A stretch of 64,000 bases of DNA from Camelus ferus (Eukaryota): the NCBI RefSeq assembly GCF_009834535.1, contig NC_045696.1:15254001-15318000 (forward strand), in the 5' to 3' direction. Below the pieces are notes generated by a model. That model ran no database searches. It saw nothing but the letters and a program-made list of their open reading frames with translations, and was not told the origin of the DNA. Shown in pieces: positions 37,288 to 49,989 of the stretch. The position numbers and the translations under genes were made by a program. Positions within the stretch are counted from its first letter, which is position 1; each line of letters opens with the position of its first letter.

Positions 37288-40200
37288 GCCTAGATTTTAA
37301 ACCTCATTCATATTCCATAATTTATTCTTAGCAGCTTCAGTTTTCAAATATCCCTTGCTGTACATAAACATCATACATCAAAATTTTAATTGCTAATAAT
37401 TTCAGAAAGAAGTCAAAAGTTTTCACTGATTTCCTAAATTAAAAATCTTATGCAAAAGGTGTTATGCAATTTTATCTACATATGTTGGAGATACTCCTTC
37501 TGTCTGTGAACTTCTTTAGTCTTATTTATCTTATCACAAAGAAATGCTGACAGTAGGCAATCAATATAATTGATGCATGAAGTATAGTATCTTATGACTG
37601 ATAAATGAATGATTCCAAAAAAAAATAATGAATAAGTGGTGTTTACAGAATGTCCTCACTTGACTGCCATGAAACAGGACTTCTTAATAGTTATATTAAA
37701 TGTAAGTTTTTCTTCTCCACACCTCCACTCCTCTCCACCTCCACCCTGTGATTAGAGAAGCCAGAAATTTAATTTAAAGATTACTGCAAGAAATACAATT
37801 TATTCATAATAAATTGATGCAATAAATTGATTCAGAAATTTTGAAGAACAACAGAACTTCTTGGTCTTTCCATGCACACTAAAGAATTAATAACGAATTA
37901 TTCAGTCAGTCACATTTGAGAATGATTTTTTAAGAAGAATGAAGATTATACTCTTGTATTAAAAACTGTGAAAGATATTGAGATGTCACAGGGTTGCCAA
38001 ACCTTAAATGACCTTTCTAAAACATATTTTAATGCCAAAGGCATGTGATGGAAAATAAATTTCTTTTTTAAGAGATAAATTTTAGATATTTATTATAATA
38101 TTACAAAATAACCTATTGGCATAATTTTGCAAAACCACTAATGCTCTCTTTATCATGACCAAGTTGTTGTGTCTAAGTTTTTCAACCACAAGTGACTAAA
38201 GCATCAAACAAAACATAAGCCAATGATATCTTTTTTTTCTCAATTTACTTTGATCAGTCTTGAATTTAATTATTCAGGACTATTCAGAAGCAAATAATAA
38301 CATAAGTTTGTGGGTAAAAAGCGGAACCATGAGTTCTATTGTTTAATGTTACCAATTGTTTCAGATATGAAAAAACATAAACACAAATACCAAACTGTCT
38401 TAATACCAAATGCTACATTTGTCTTTTATTCAAATTAATGAAGTAAACACCAGACATTTTCCTTTAGAAGTTATGTAATTTTCACTAAGCTTCATAATAT
38501 TCAACCACATGAAATGTTTCTTTCATAAATTCAATTGACATGCTTTTCTTGGTTCAATCAGAGAAGTCTAATTTCAGTAACTCAAAAGACACTATCTTAA
38601 TTACACAGATTAAAATGACAGGTGTCCCTAAACAAAAAAAGCCCTAAGGGGTTGATTTGGCACCATTTTTGTTCTGTCTGTCTGCAGAGGTGGAAAGAAA
38701 CTGTCAGATTCTGTCTCTTAGACCAATTATTTAAGTGAACTGGTGATTGTAGTTTAATCAGAAAAATACTTTTTAAGAGAAGAAAATGACTGTACTTGAC
38801 ACTCTTAATAAGGACTTAAACAGGATTAACATATTGAAATCTTCATGTTTTCTGAAGAAGAAAATGGGGTTGGAGCAGCAGAAGGAAATTGGAAAGTTGG
38901 CAGAAATATTTCACCTCACCCTTAATAACAGGAATTAGAGGTATATGGAAATGCTGTCCAATGTTAATATTTTTTCACCTCAAAAATCAGGATTGAAACA
39001 CTGAAGCTATTTTAAACACATAGCTATTCTCCACTATAGTCATTGAGGTTTTATATATGAAATCATAGTGATACTCAACAATAAACTTGAATCAAGCAAT
39101 TTCTGGGGTGAAAAACGGAAAAAGACACTAGGTAATAAAGTACAGGTTAATATATGTTGAAACAAAATCAATCTTGGTATCACGTAATGAAAAATAACAG
39201 GATATGAGTGTATTAAAGCAATTAAAACAAACATAGAAATTGATAAAAATAATAATTATGGTAATTTAATTGAGAGGAAAAGAAAGTCATTGATTTCTGC
39301 CATTAATGCCAATATATTTCTTTGAATAATGGATCTTGAAATTCTAGCAATATATAATAAGACTTGGTTAATAATGTGACTTTTTTTCAAATTTACAGTA
39401 CTACCATATACAAGAACAGATATCTTCAAGAAACTAATGATACAGAAGGAAGTTAAAAATTTAAAAATTGGAGCCCCACTCCCTTCCATTTAAAACTGCA
39501 ACGAATTTTGTTATAATATTCACCAACCTGCATACAATCTCATATATTTAGTCTTCAAGGCCTTTAAAATATACATTAATTATGTATGACAAATTTTATA
39601 TTTTATACTTTCTGTCTATATCTAGTTATAGTATTACGGTAAGTCTGTCTTAGATAGTCTTAAAATCAGCTCCAACATTTTAACAGTAATTTGCATTTAA
39701 ATGTGCCCTTTATATAGGGAAAATCAGCCCGAGAGGAGATCATTTGTACTATTCTTCAAGGAGCAAAATCTCCATGGAACTAAGCATTATAGTGACACCA
39801 AAAATTAAGACTAAACCATGAGAACATGGCGCAAGGCCACAATGCAGAATGAATATTTGCACATTGGTAACATTGAGGAAACCAATTTTATTAGAAAATC
39901 TTTGCTAGGAAAAAATTCTGCACAAGAATGGGTTGTAAAGGTCCGGCTTTTGCTGGGAAGAGCTGTTCGAAGAGGCCAAGAAGAGCTAAACAAGTTATTT
40001 AAATAGGAGAGTATTACAAAGAAAAGTAGTGAGCAGAATAGCCAACCCCAAATTGCTGCCCTTGGAAACATTGGAGGTAGAGAGATGCGATCAGATACTG
40101 CTTTCGTTATCTCCCTGAGAACTAATAAAAACCTAATCTAGGGAGCTAATAGAGAAAGAGAGAATTCTCAGCCGATGTTACACAGGAAGTAGAAATATCT

Positions 40201-42186
40201 ACCTGAATCCGAAGCATCTCCTCAATCCAGTGCAAATGATCCTTCCCACGAAATAATCTCTTGTTTCAAGTATTCTCACAGAGTGCTTGTGTTAGTGGGA
40301 GCTCACTTGGTTTCTTTGTTCACAAGCAACAGAATTCTAAATATCAAAAACTGAACTCATTGATAATGCTTAGGATAGTTTACAGAATCAGGGTGGTGAG
40401 TCATGCTTCCTGACACTAGTGCGGCTGCCTATAACAGATCTTTTTTCTTTTTTTTTCCCCAGAAGCAGGAAGGAAAGCTGGATGAGACCCAGGAAGGAAA
40501 ATAAGCGGATGAGACCATGATTCATGAATGGAGGAGGCTGTACATCCCCTGCCAAGGCTCCTCAAGGAAGGAAGAGGATAAACAGGGAGAAGGATGGTCT
40601 GTTGGGCAAAGTAACGCATCTCAAGAGATGGAAAAGTTCAAGATTGCCAAATGCCCCAAAGTGATCCAGCAACTCGGCACTACTTTATTTGTTTCTTCTC
40701 TCTCACTAGTGAAAGTTTGCACCAAGGGGTGTTAATATCACCCACACTATCAGGTTCTCAATCCCAGTCCCTCTGGCTGCCACCAGGAAAGCCACACGTC
40801 ACACCCCATGGATTCTTCTGAGCCCAGACTGGATGGAACAAGCACAGCCAACATGGCACAGTAGGGTCAGGCTGAGGTCCCAGCATTAGTGCAATTCCCA
40901 CTTCAACAGGAACAGTGCAGACCAGCCTCACTCCCAGGGAGGCAGAGTCAAGCACAGAATAAGAAGATGGATGTTGATAACTGAAGTCTTGGCCATGGCA
41001 AGGGCAAGAGGCAAGGCCAAGAGAAGTTGGGGGTAGGCTTAAATCGGGTCAAATACAGATGAGATGACATCTAAGGTTTTTACCAGTTTTAGGATTCTAG
41101 AGCCATATGGGTCTCTTCGTATGAAATCCCAGAGCACCCAATAATTAATCAATTGAGATGATTCAATAATTACAGAAAAGTCTATTAGTTTTCCATTGGC
41201 ACCATTCCAATGACTAGCAAGAGTTTATTATCCTTTTTTTCTTTCTGTAGCAATGTCTGAGTTCCATGAAATCAAGTCAAGAAGTGAAATATAGAATTGT
41301 GTGCTTAAAAAAAGATGTACTACAGAGGCAAATCTGGCCTCAGTCCTGAATTCCATAGACAGTCCCTTATTGCTAACAGCTGTGCTGGTTTGGGCTCACA
41401 CAGCAGCCCCACATCCTCCTATATATGGAGTAGCTGACACATAGCGATGACTTCCTTGGATCTGCTAGATACATTTGTACATAAAGGTGAGTGATTGCAC
41501 TCCTTCTGCAAAAAAAAAAAAAAAAAGTACTATGTTTAAACAAATGAGATTTTTGATAATATTTTTAGTTTTGTAATCTTGTCCTAAACCATCTTTATGG
41601 CTACAGGAAAATCCTCAATTCTAAGGAATCCCAAAAAGCTAGTTCATTTAAAAATTAAGCAGTGAGAACAGAAGTAAATCGATTAAATATGGTTGATACA
41701 CTCCCTGTTCCCTTGGTTGCTCTTGGTGATATGCACAAATATAATTATATAATTTATGTAATAAGCCATGCTTCGTGTCAGGGAAAGGACAACATGACTA
41801 CTGAAGGCTCCCACACCTGTTTGCTTAACTCAGTTCTTCCTAGATGAAAAGAGGTGGAAAAAAATAGCTCTGTTTGGGGATCTCTGTGAATTGCACCCCT
41901 GAGTTGTGCAGTGCACAACCTGGATGGACTTTCAGTCAGTCTTGGGAAGAAAGCACACCAGTCCCCGTGGTCAACCTTATTTCTGTGATAGAGGTGAACG
42001 TTATCCAGAAAAAGCTGAATGATTTGTCCCTTAAAAAGGGAGAGAGTAGAAAATAGCCCAGGTCTTCTGATTCTTGCTCCAGCATTATCTTGTTTTGAAA
42101 CCCTCAGAGATGAGGAAATTTAATGAAGCATCACACATTAATACGACGTGCAGTAGGGATTAGCACAAATTAGTAAGTGACTTGCC

Positions 42187-42298
42187 GGGAGGATATAGCT
42201 CAGTGGTAGAGTGTGTGCTTAGCATGCATCAGGTCCTGGGTTCAATCCCCAGTACCACCTAAACAAATAAATAAACCTAATTACTACCCCCCAAAAAA
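42187..42298 (+). mobile_element. tRNA-derived SINE (Vic-1-like)
   Basis: Reads GGGAGGATATAGCTCAGTGGTAGAGTGTGTGCTTAGCATGCATCAGGTCCTGGGTTCAATCCCCAGTACC plus the tail 'aaataaataaacctaattactacccccc'. A box 42196-42206, B box 42239-42249, AGTGACT on both flanks. Confidence 0.92.
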
Positions 42299-44132
42299 CA
42301 GTGACTAACATATGACTTTGGACAACAAATTATCCTCTTTCAGGCTACAGTACATACTCAGTCCAGCCACCGCCAGGCACCAGGCATCCTCCTTCACCTC
42401 AGAGGGAAAACTTTTAAGAAGAAGGCATATTTTGTGTTTATTTTTCAACAATCTTTTTGCTCTATTGTAATTTTATGTCCCTGAGCCTTGAGGTGGTAGT
42501 GCAGATTGGAGTGTTTTGTTGATGTCAGGATTTCAAGTCGATCTGAATTACAGGAATATGAAAGAATTAACAAAACATTGGGCAGAAGAAAAACAAAAGC
42601 TAGAAGGCAATTCAGTCCAATTTGATCAGTAAAATGACCCTTTCATTAAAGTATTCAGCACAGGAGAGCTGGAAACCAGGAATACCAATAATCATCAGAA
42701 AAGAAGTAAAAGAGCTATTAGTAATTTCAAGCCATAATAGATCAAATGCTCATTTATTACCTGGCTTGGGGCTAAGTGCTTTACATACATTATTTCAGTC
42801 AGTCCTTTGGAGAAACCTGTGAGCTAGAAACCGTTACCCCTCCTTAATAAATGAGAAACTAAAGCAAAAGTTGTGGGCGTGTGTGTGGTGGGGGTTGGGG
42901 TGGGGGAAATGGGGAAATCATTTCAATTCAATCTATCTTTATTGCGTATCTACCATTATATAGTAATTTTATGTTTATTGTTGTGTGGGACAAAGATAAA
43001 TGAGACATAGTTCCCAGCTGGAGTGATTTGCAGTCTAGAGGATTAGAGAGGCATGCACATAATTATAGGACTGTGGACATAATTTATTCACATTCTCACA
43101 GTCTTCCTTTATTATGGAAAATGGATGATCTGAATACAAAAACCAAATGAACTGTAGTCATACCTGATGATGGCTAAAAGAATAAGTAAAATTGATGAAC
43201 CCATTAAAGACAAGTCTTAGAGAAAATTCCACTGGTGCTTCAAATAAAAGCATATTAATAATTCCCTTCTAGTCTCCCCCACACACATAAAGAAAAGAAA
43301 TGAAAACAAAAAGGTAAAATTAAGATGCTATTTTTTTCAGTCATCTCCCATTCCATTACCCAGGCAAAGTTATTAAACAAATGGAAAGCAGACATAAACG
43401 GGGATTTTAGAATGTATTAGCTTTAGAAAAGCCAGTTTAGTCACCATATTGCCATATCACATATCCTCTAAAAGGTGTGGGCGTGAAGCTGATGACTGAT
43501 TATGATCACGAGCAACCTTGTTTGAGTGACTTGACCCTCTAAATCTCAACGAGGAGACCAAGGAGGAAAATGACCCCAGGCTGAACTCCATATTCTATTA
43601 GGACATTTAGAGCCTCATGACTTTCCAGCTTAGAGCTGCATCTATCTGAGGGATATCTAGGAAATCTTGGCATCGTGGGCTCAGGGCACTTACAACTCCT
43701 TGACAGTCGGATAAGAGCCTGTCCAATGTGAATTGATCACCAGCCGTCCAAACAATCTTGTTCTATTATCTCATTGCTTTTGATATTTACAGAGGGTGAT
43801 ACAACTTAATAAGATTTTAAATTGGATTATTTTAAAGCTGTTGAGTATTTTGGGAAAAAGCAAAGCATTTTTGTTAAAAAATGGGGAACACAGAAATGGG
43901 ATTGTGATATGACTTTTGAATAGCGGGATAGTTTTCCCTTGAGGAAAGAAAAAAATGGCAGACTTGCTAATTGCTTCAGTTAATGCTACCTGTCTCAGCT
44001 ACACTTTCTATTCAACTAATTTGAATAATTAGAGTATATATGCTTTATTTACATAATCTTATTAATAATTGAGTAAGTGAAGTTTTTTATAGTTAAGAGC
44101 AAGTAGCAGAGATGACAGTTACTATTTTAGAA

Positions 44133-44311
44133 CAGTAGTTCTCCAAGTGTGCCTCCTGGGCTAGAGATACCAGCATCACCTGGCAATTTGTTAGAAATTA
44201 CCAGATCCTACCCCAGGCCTACTGTTTCAGAAACTCTGGGGGTGAAGTTAGCAATCTGCTTTAACAAGCCCTACAGGTGGTTTAGATATGTGCTAAATTT
44301 GGGGAACCACG
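44133..44311. mobile_element. MER5A-like hAT MITE
   Basis: Reads 'cagtagttctccaagtgtg...cagcatcacctgg..ttgttagaaat...tttaacaagccct...gaaccac'. Confidence 0.88.
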
Positions 44312-44865
44312 ATTAATGCTTTCAAACACCAGAAAGGGTAAACCAATTTGTGTAACTGGCTTGCAAAAAACAATTAAATGATTTAGCCATTGGCTTCCTG
44401 GAACTTCAGGCCCCAGTTAAAAGCATTCATATTCACATTTTGTCCATCTCTATGCTGTTCAAATAAATTATGTTTGCTCGTGAAACATAACTGTAGGCTG
44501 AATTTGACCCACTGACCCTTAGTGTGCAACTTTGGTTTTAAAGACCAAGGTATTTAGCAACTCAATTTTAGAAAAGGTTTACAGTATTAAGACGGATTTG
44601 CCACAATTTATAAGAAAGCAAATATTTTTCTTGTAGCTTACCATCCTGACACCCACCTTAGAAGCTTATCCCACATCTCAAAAGTTTTGAAGTTGTTGAC
44701 ACCCAACTGATATTTCAACTGGTTGCCTAGTCTGATGATGATAAAGAAAGAGAGGAAACTTTGGCTCCCAGAGATCTATGACCATAGCCATGTGTGCAGT
44801 TGGTCCAATCAGGATGGGCTATATAATTTAAAGAGGTTAGTGGAAAAATTTTAAAATGAAGAAAA

Positions 44866-45014
44866 ACATGTGTGCTCTATTGTCCAAATTTCACTTATAA
44901 AACACAAGTTCAAGAAAAAAATCATTAAGAATTTCAAGATGATGACTGCAGAACAGAGATTATTGAGCAGGGAGCCTTGTGTGACAGCACAGATTGTGCA
45001 CCTGTGGATCCTGG
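44866..45014 (-). mobile_element. hAT-Tip100 (Zaphod/MER91-like) terminal fragment
   Basis: Reads 'cacttataaaacacaagttcaag..attaagaatttcaagatgatgactgcaga...ccttgtgtgacagcacag'. Confidence 0.7.
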
Positions 45015-45779
45015 ATCCAATGGTGTCTCTTTTACCTCCTGTGGTTGTCATTTGCCTCTATTACCTGGAAGTGAATAGGCAAAATCTAGGGGAAAATTGT
45101 AGGAAGAGAAAATGAAACAGATCAATTTTATACTATGGGACATGTGATGCAGTTGGTTGAAGCTTCAAAAGGATTCCAAAAATAATAGCGAACATTAAAC
45201 ACATAAGATAATTGATCTTAGCATTTACTTCCAACAAGACTTTGCTCTTAGTATATTTATATGTGGACTGTCTTAAGTTGAAAATTTTGTAATGACAGAA
45301 CATTCTTATTCTGAATTATTTCTGTGACATGATTGACAGTAACCTATCATGCATTATACTGATAATGGTATTTGATAACCAAATTTTCCAAGTGAATAAA
45401 TTAAAAAATTTGGAAGCTTATACAAACTTGTTCAGGTCATGTGGATGCTGCAAACATCACTGATGGAGTCAATGCATCTTCCAGATTTCCTAAATTATTC
45501 CCAGAATATAGCTCCTGGGAAGAAAACAGTCAACAGACCACCTCAGATTTAGGCAGAATAGATGCCCACTTACTTGTGTAGGGATTTAGAGGAACACATT
45601 CCAAAGTCTTCCTTTCACCATAATGTGAAATGTAGCTTTGCATTTTGCCTGGAATTTCTTTCCTTGTAGAACCACTAACTTGATCAAGGCATTGCATTTT
45701 CAACAAACACAAGCTCCTGACTTCATACTGTGTCAGGGCTAAACATTACTCCAGAATTGAGCAAACTACAGATTTCACA

Positions 45780-46320
45780 AGAGCATCTCCTTACTCTTAG
45801 AACAAGATCCAAACATCTTATGATGGTTTAGGGTCATTTTTAAAAGTATGCTCCTCCCTACCTTTCCATCCCATTTCACATTATTCTACCATTTGTGGAT
45901 TGTTTCCTGGACACACTGTTCTGGAACAGGTGGAGCTGTGTTCTCCCCTGACTCTTTACCCAACTGGCTTTTATTTGACCTTCAAGCCTAAGCAGAAAAA
46001 CATCTCAGAGAGGCCTTCTATGATTTTCCTATAAAATATGCTAATATTAATATTCCACTAATATCCACTGTCTGTACCAACCATAATCACTCTCCATGAT
46101 TATGATCTTCATGGCTACATTCTTCTTGACAATTATTGCAATCAGTAGTTCTGTCTCATTTTTATTTGGTTATTTATTTAGATTAACTACTTATCCTCTC
46201 TCGAATATAACACCTTTAAGACCAGGACCTACGGTCTTGTATATCTCCATATCTTTAATGCCTATAAGTGTCTGGCCCAGAGTAGACAATGACTATATAG
46301 TGACAAGTGTTCAGTGAAAT
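45780..46320 (+). mobile_element. L2 3' region
   Basis: Contains 'ttagaacaagatccaaacatctta' and 'ctcagagaggccttct', and ends 'gtgtctggcccagagtagac'. Confidence 0.65.
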
Positions 46321-47864
46321 ATAGAAAAAAAGGATATCTGAGTGGTTCCTTGGAAAAGGAGTCAGTGAAAGAAGATGGGGGATGGGAAATCATGGAAAGA
46401 AAAACTGGAAAGAAGGAGACTAGATGAGGACCCTCCATACGAAGGTCCTGGAGCAGGAATGGGGGAGTAGGCAGAAGCTGGGACCTCAGGAAAGAAGAAA
46501 CACGAGAAAGGAAAATTGAGAAGGAACTAAAATACTTGATTCTACTCACGATATTTTCGTAGGTGTAGTTTTATTAAAATCTAACAATATTTATGAGAAA
46601 GCAGTCTCAAATACTGTCTCATTCTAAAATTGCTCACAATTTACCTTCTCAAGAATATATGCAAAGTAAGCAACACTCTATTTTGAAGACTGGAAAATTA
46701 AAAATCTGATGTGTTGAGTTAAGTTCGAAAATCAACAACACAACTGGGTTTTAACGGAGGCTCACACACAGATTTAGAAAGCACTAGCAGTTTGGGCTTA
46801 CAGTTATTTTCCAGAAAATACTTGGTCAGGGTTAAATTTTACAAGTGAAAACCATTCTTCATCGACCTCCTTTACACTCAATTATGACTTTTTTTAAAGT
46901 GCTTTGAGAAGAAATTTTCCTTGTTTAGTCACAACTTGGAGGAATTTTATTTTTAGTTTTGACCTAAATCAAATAATGTGGAACCATTGCATTTTTTTTT
47001 CAAGTGGAAGGGGGAAGGGAGCAATAATTTTCCCTATTTTAAGAAACCTGAACTCTATTTGCACTCAGAAAAACAACACTCTCAATAACCTGAACATGCA
47101 AACTTCAAAACTTGGCAACGTGAGAGTCTGATTAAGGAAAAAAGCAACCAAAGCCAAATCCAGTGAAAAACAGTCTCATAGTTTTCAAGTCACCCAGATT
47201 TAACTAGAATGTCTTGACATGAGAGGGAACACAATTTCCTCCATTAAAAAAATGTTATCTCCATTTATGATGGTTCAGTGAATGGTAATGAAGCTAGAAG
47301 ATTTGGTTCAGGGTACCATAAAGATGACTATATAAGTCAGAACTAGTGAAGGTGCCTGATAGCACTCACCAAAAGCCAGTCTTTAATTACCTTCTCCATC
47401 ATCCTTCCTCATGAGTAATAGGTGACAATCCAGACACCGTTATGAATTTATCTTGAATCCTACAGTCTGAGTTCAACTATCAGAATCTTAGAATTATCAC
47501 TACATTGATTGGCATTGGGGAAAACCTACTCAAAATTTCATGTTCTTTATTTTAGGGTTGGAACATGTTTCAGGAGTCAGTGACTGATTTTTTTTTTAAT
47601 TCCTCTTTGTTTTGATAGTCAGCATATAAGTTAATACTCTACATACACAACTGGAAGTAGCCAAAGAGTGAAGATAACTTATAGTCACATACCATGAGAG
47701 TTCCCCCCTCAGTAACTGAGAATAGAAGAGAGCACTGCAATTTGTGAAACCAAATTGAATAGTTTTTAAGAAACATCTTATAATCAGTGTGAGAGAATTT
47801 TCATCTCCTGGTTGATTGTAGACTTACTTGTGAATCTCAATATGTTCATTCCAGGCCATTATGA

Positions 47865-48075
47865 TAATAAAATTGTTAAGAACTCAGACTTTAGCATGAA
47901 ATAAATGGAGTTTCAGTCTTAACTCTGACACTTACTTGCTATGTGAATTTGGGCAGATTACTCTAGAAGCCTAGATTTCTTCATCTGAAAATTGGAATGA
48001 TAAAAATCCATAGATCCTAAAATTCTGAAAAATAATAGTCAATGTTATGGAGAGCTTAACATAGGTTCTAGAATT
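47865..48075 (+). mobile_element. MIR SINE
   Basis: Reads 'ctctgacacttacttgctatgtgaatttgggcagattact...tttcttcatctgaaaattggaatgataa'. Confidence 0.8.
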
Positions 48076-48707
48076 GGATAGAATATTTATATATTGATGG
48101 TGATAGCAGTAAAAAGTGATGGATGTAGTATTGCTGATGGTAGCAGCAGCAATGGTAGTAAGAGAAAAACATTGTATATCAAGAACATAATATGTAATGT
48201 AATTACAGAATAATCTAGATTTTCTTCAGAGATGAACTATATAAAAATATCTCTTATTATGGACTATTTCAGCCATATCATTTGACTGGAGTAAATTATA
48301 CATTTAAAAGACATTTTAGGTGTTTTTGTGTATCCTGGTCTGTTGACTATAAGCGTGTTGCTTTTCTGCTTCATAAGGAAGAGTTCCATACCATATTCTG
48401 TTAGCAAAATAGTTTCAAAGAAAAAGGACAAGAAATAGGTCAAAGAAGCCTTTCCTCCTATAAAAGATGTAAGGATGACGAAAACAGAGTCCCTACTATC
48501 AAGGGAAGTTCAATCCATAGAGTACAGGATGATAAAGAAATACAGACACAATGAAAAAGTGCAAATCAGTATGTGTCTTAAAAGAGAAACACAAAATGCA
48601 GCAGGGTTGAAAGGAGAAAAAGATAGTTAATTGGTGGAGTCAAGAAAGAATTCATGAAGTAGAGTGTGAGGTGCATTTTGAAAGTCTGAGCAAGGAAAGT
48701 GTCAGCA

Positions 48708-49000
48708 TGTTGGGAGACAAACCCCCATGGGTCTCTTACATTTCTGCATGTCTTGTGGGCACTGGCTGCTTTTGTTCTAGATTGTTCTCTCCAAGAGTTA
48801 AGCATGCAAACAGCTTTGGGAGATATAGTCTCCCCCAATGGAAAAAAAAAAAGCAGGTTTGATTGTTTTCCAGTAAAATAAAATAATGTCTCCCACTGAG
48901 GTAAGTGTCAGACAGGTTTGCCTGCAGCCCACTGTAAAAGATTTGGGTGTCCCAAACTTGGAGTTTTTCAGGTATGGCGCAAATCTACTGTTTACACAGC
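48708..49000 (+). mobile_element. LTR40-like ERVL LTR, 3'-truncated
   Basis: Begins TGTTGGGAGACAAACCCCCATGGGTCTCTTACATTTCTGCATGTCTTG. Confidence 0.8.
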
Positions 49001-49989
49001 AAACAAAACTTAATCCTAAGTAGAACACTTTGTGTAAAAGTAATCAAGATAAATCTTGTCTTATAACATATAAGATTATATCTGGTATAGGAACAAATGG
49101 GAATTTAAAGAACGAGTTTTCATCACTTAGAGCGCTGTATAAATATCTAGTTCCATTATTTTCTTTATACATTCCAATCATTTGGCCTTAAGTGATTTTT
49201 AATATCAGTGATAAATAAGTAAAATGTACTTTGAAGACATCATTTTATACTAAAAGTTACTTAAAATCCTTTTTCAAATTATATTTGCTGAAAGAACAAA
49301 TCTGTAAACTAGAATTGTGTGTGGTAAAACAAATACTTATTTGGTAAAACAAAAAACAGAAAACAGAAATATATTATATTATAATCAGACACTAATTTAG
49401 CCTTGGTAAATATTTAATTGTGTTCTGAGTCTAAAATCAAAGTTTTCTAGAACTAACAGAGATGGATGACAGACATTTCAATTTAACAGTGTCAGAAGGG
49501 GGCTTTGGTAGAAGTCCAACAAGGGAGGCAGGAAAGGGGGAATGAATGTAATAAAAGGGGGGAGGTCTTTGAAAAATCTGTCTCCCCCAGTTTACGTGGT
49601 TCTCTGAGCATTTAGTTACTAGAGGAACCTGTCAGATACACTGACATCTCACTCTTGAGATTAGAAAACAATAGCAAAGACATTATGCCAGCATCTCCCA
49701 AAGTTCTGATTTCCCAAGATATCTTAATCACAATCTCCTTAATGATTGGTGCTTTTTATTGTCAGTCTTTTTTAAACCATATGTTTTCAGCATGACTCTG
49801 AGACTCTGTGTCCACGGAAGTCTTGGGGGAAATTTGAAGGAAGTTCAAATATCCTTTCTACATTGTCTGGTAAGGCAGTCAGCCAAGAGTCACAAAACCT
49901 AAGTAGTGACTACAACTGTCTATAACTGCAGTCTCCAATTTCTTCAGAAAATAATCTTTTCATTTTCAGTCAACAAAACTAAGACCATG

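Noticed and set aside
42187..42260. Functional tRNA gene
   Set aside because: It has a SINE-type tail, flanking direct repeats and a diverged sister copy at 34960, so it is a tRNA-derived SINE.
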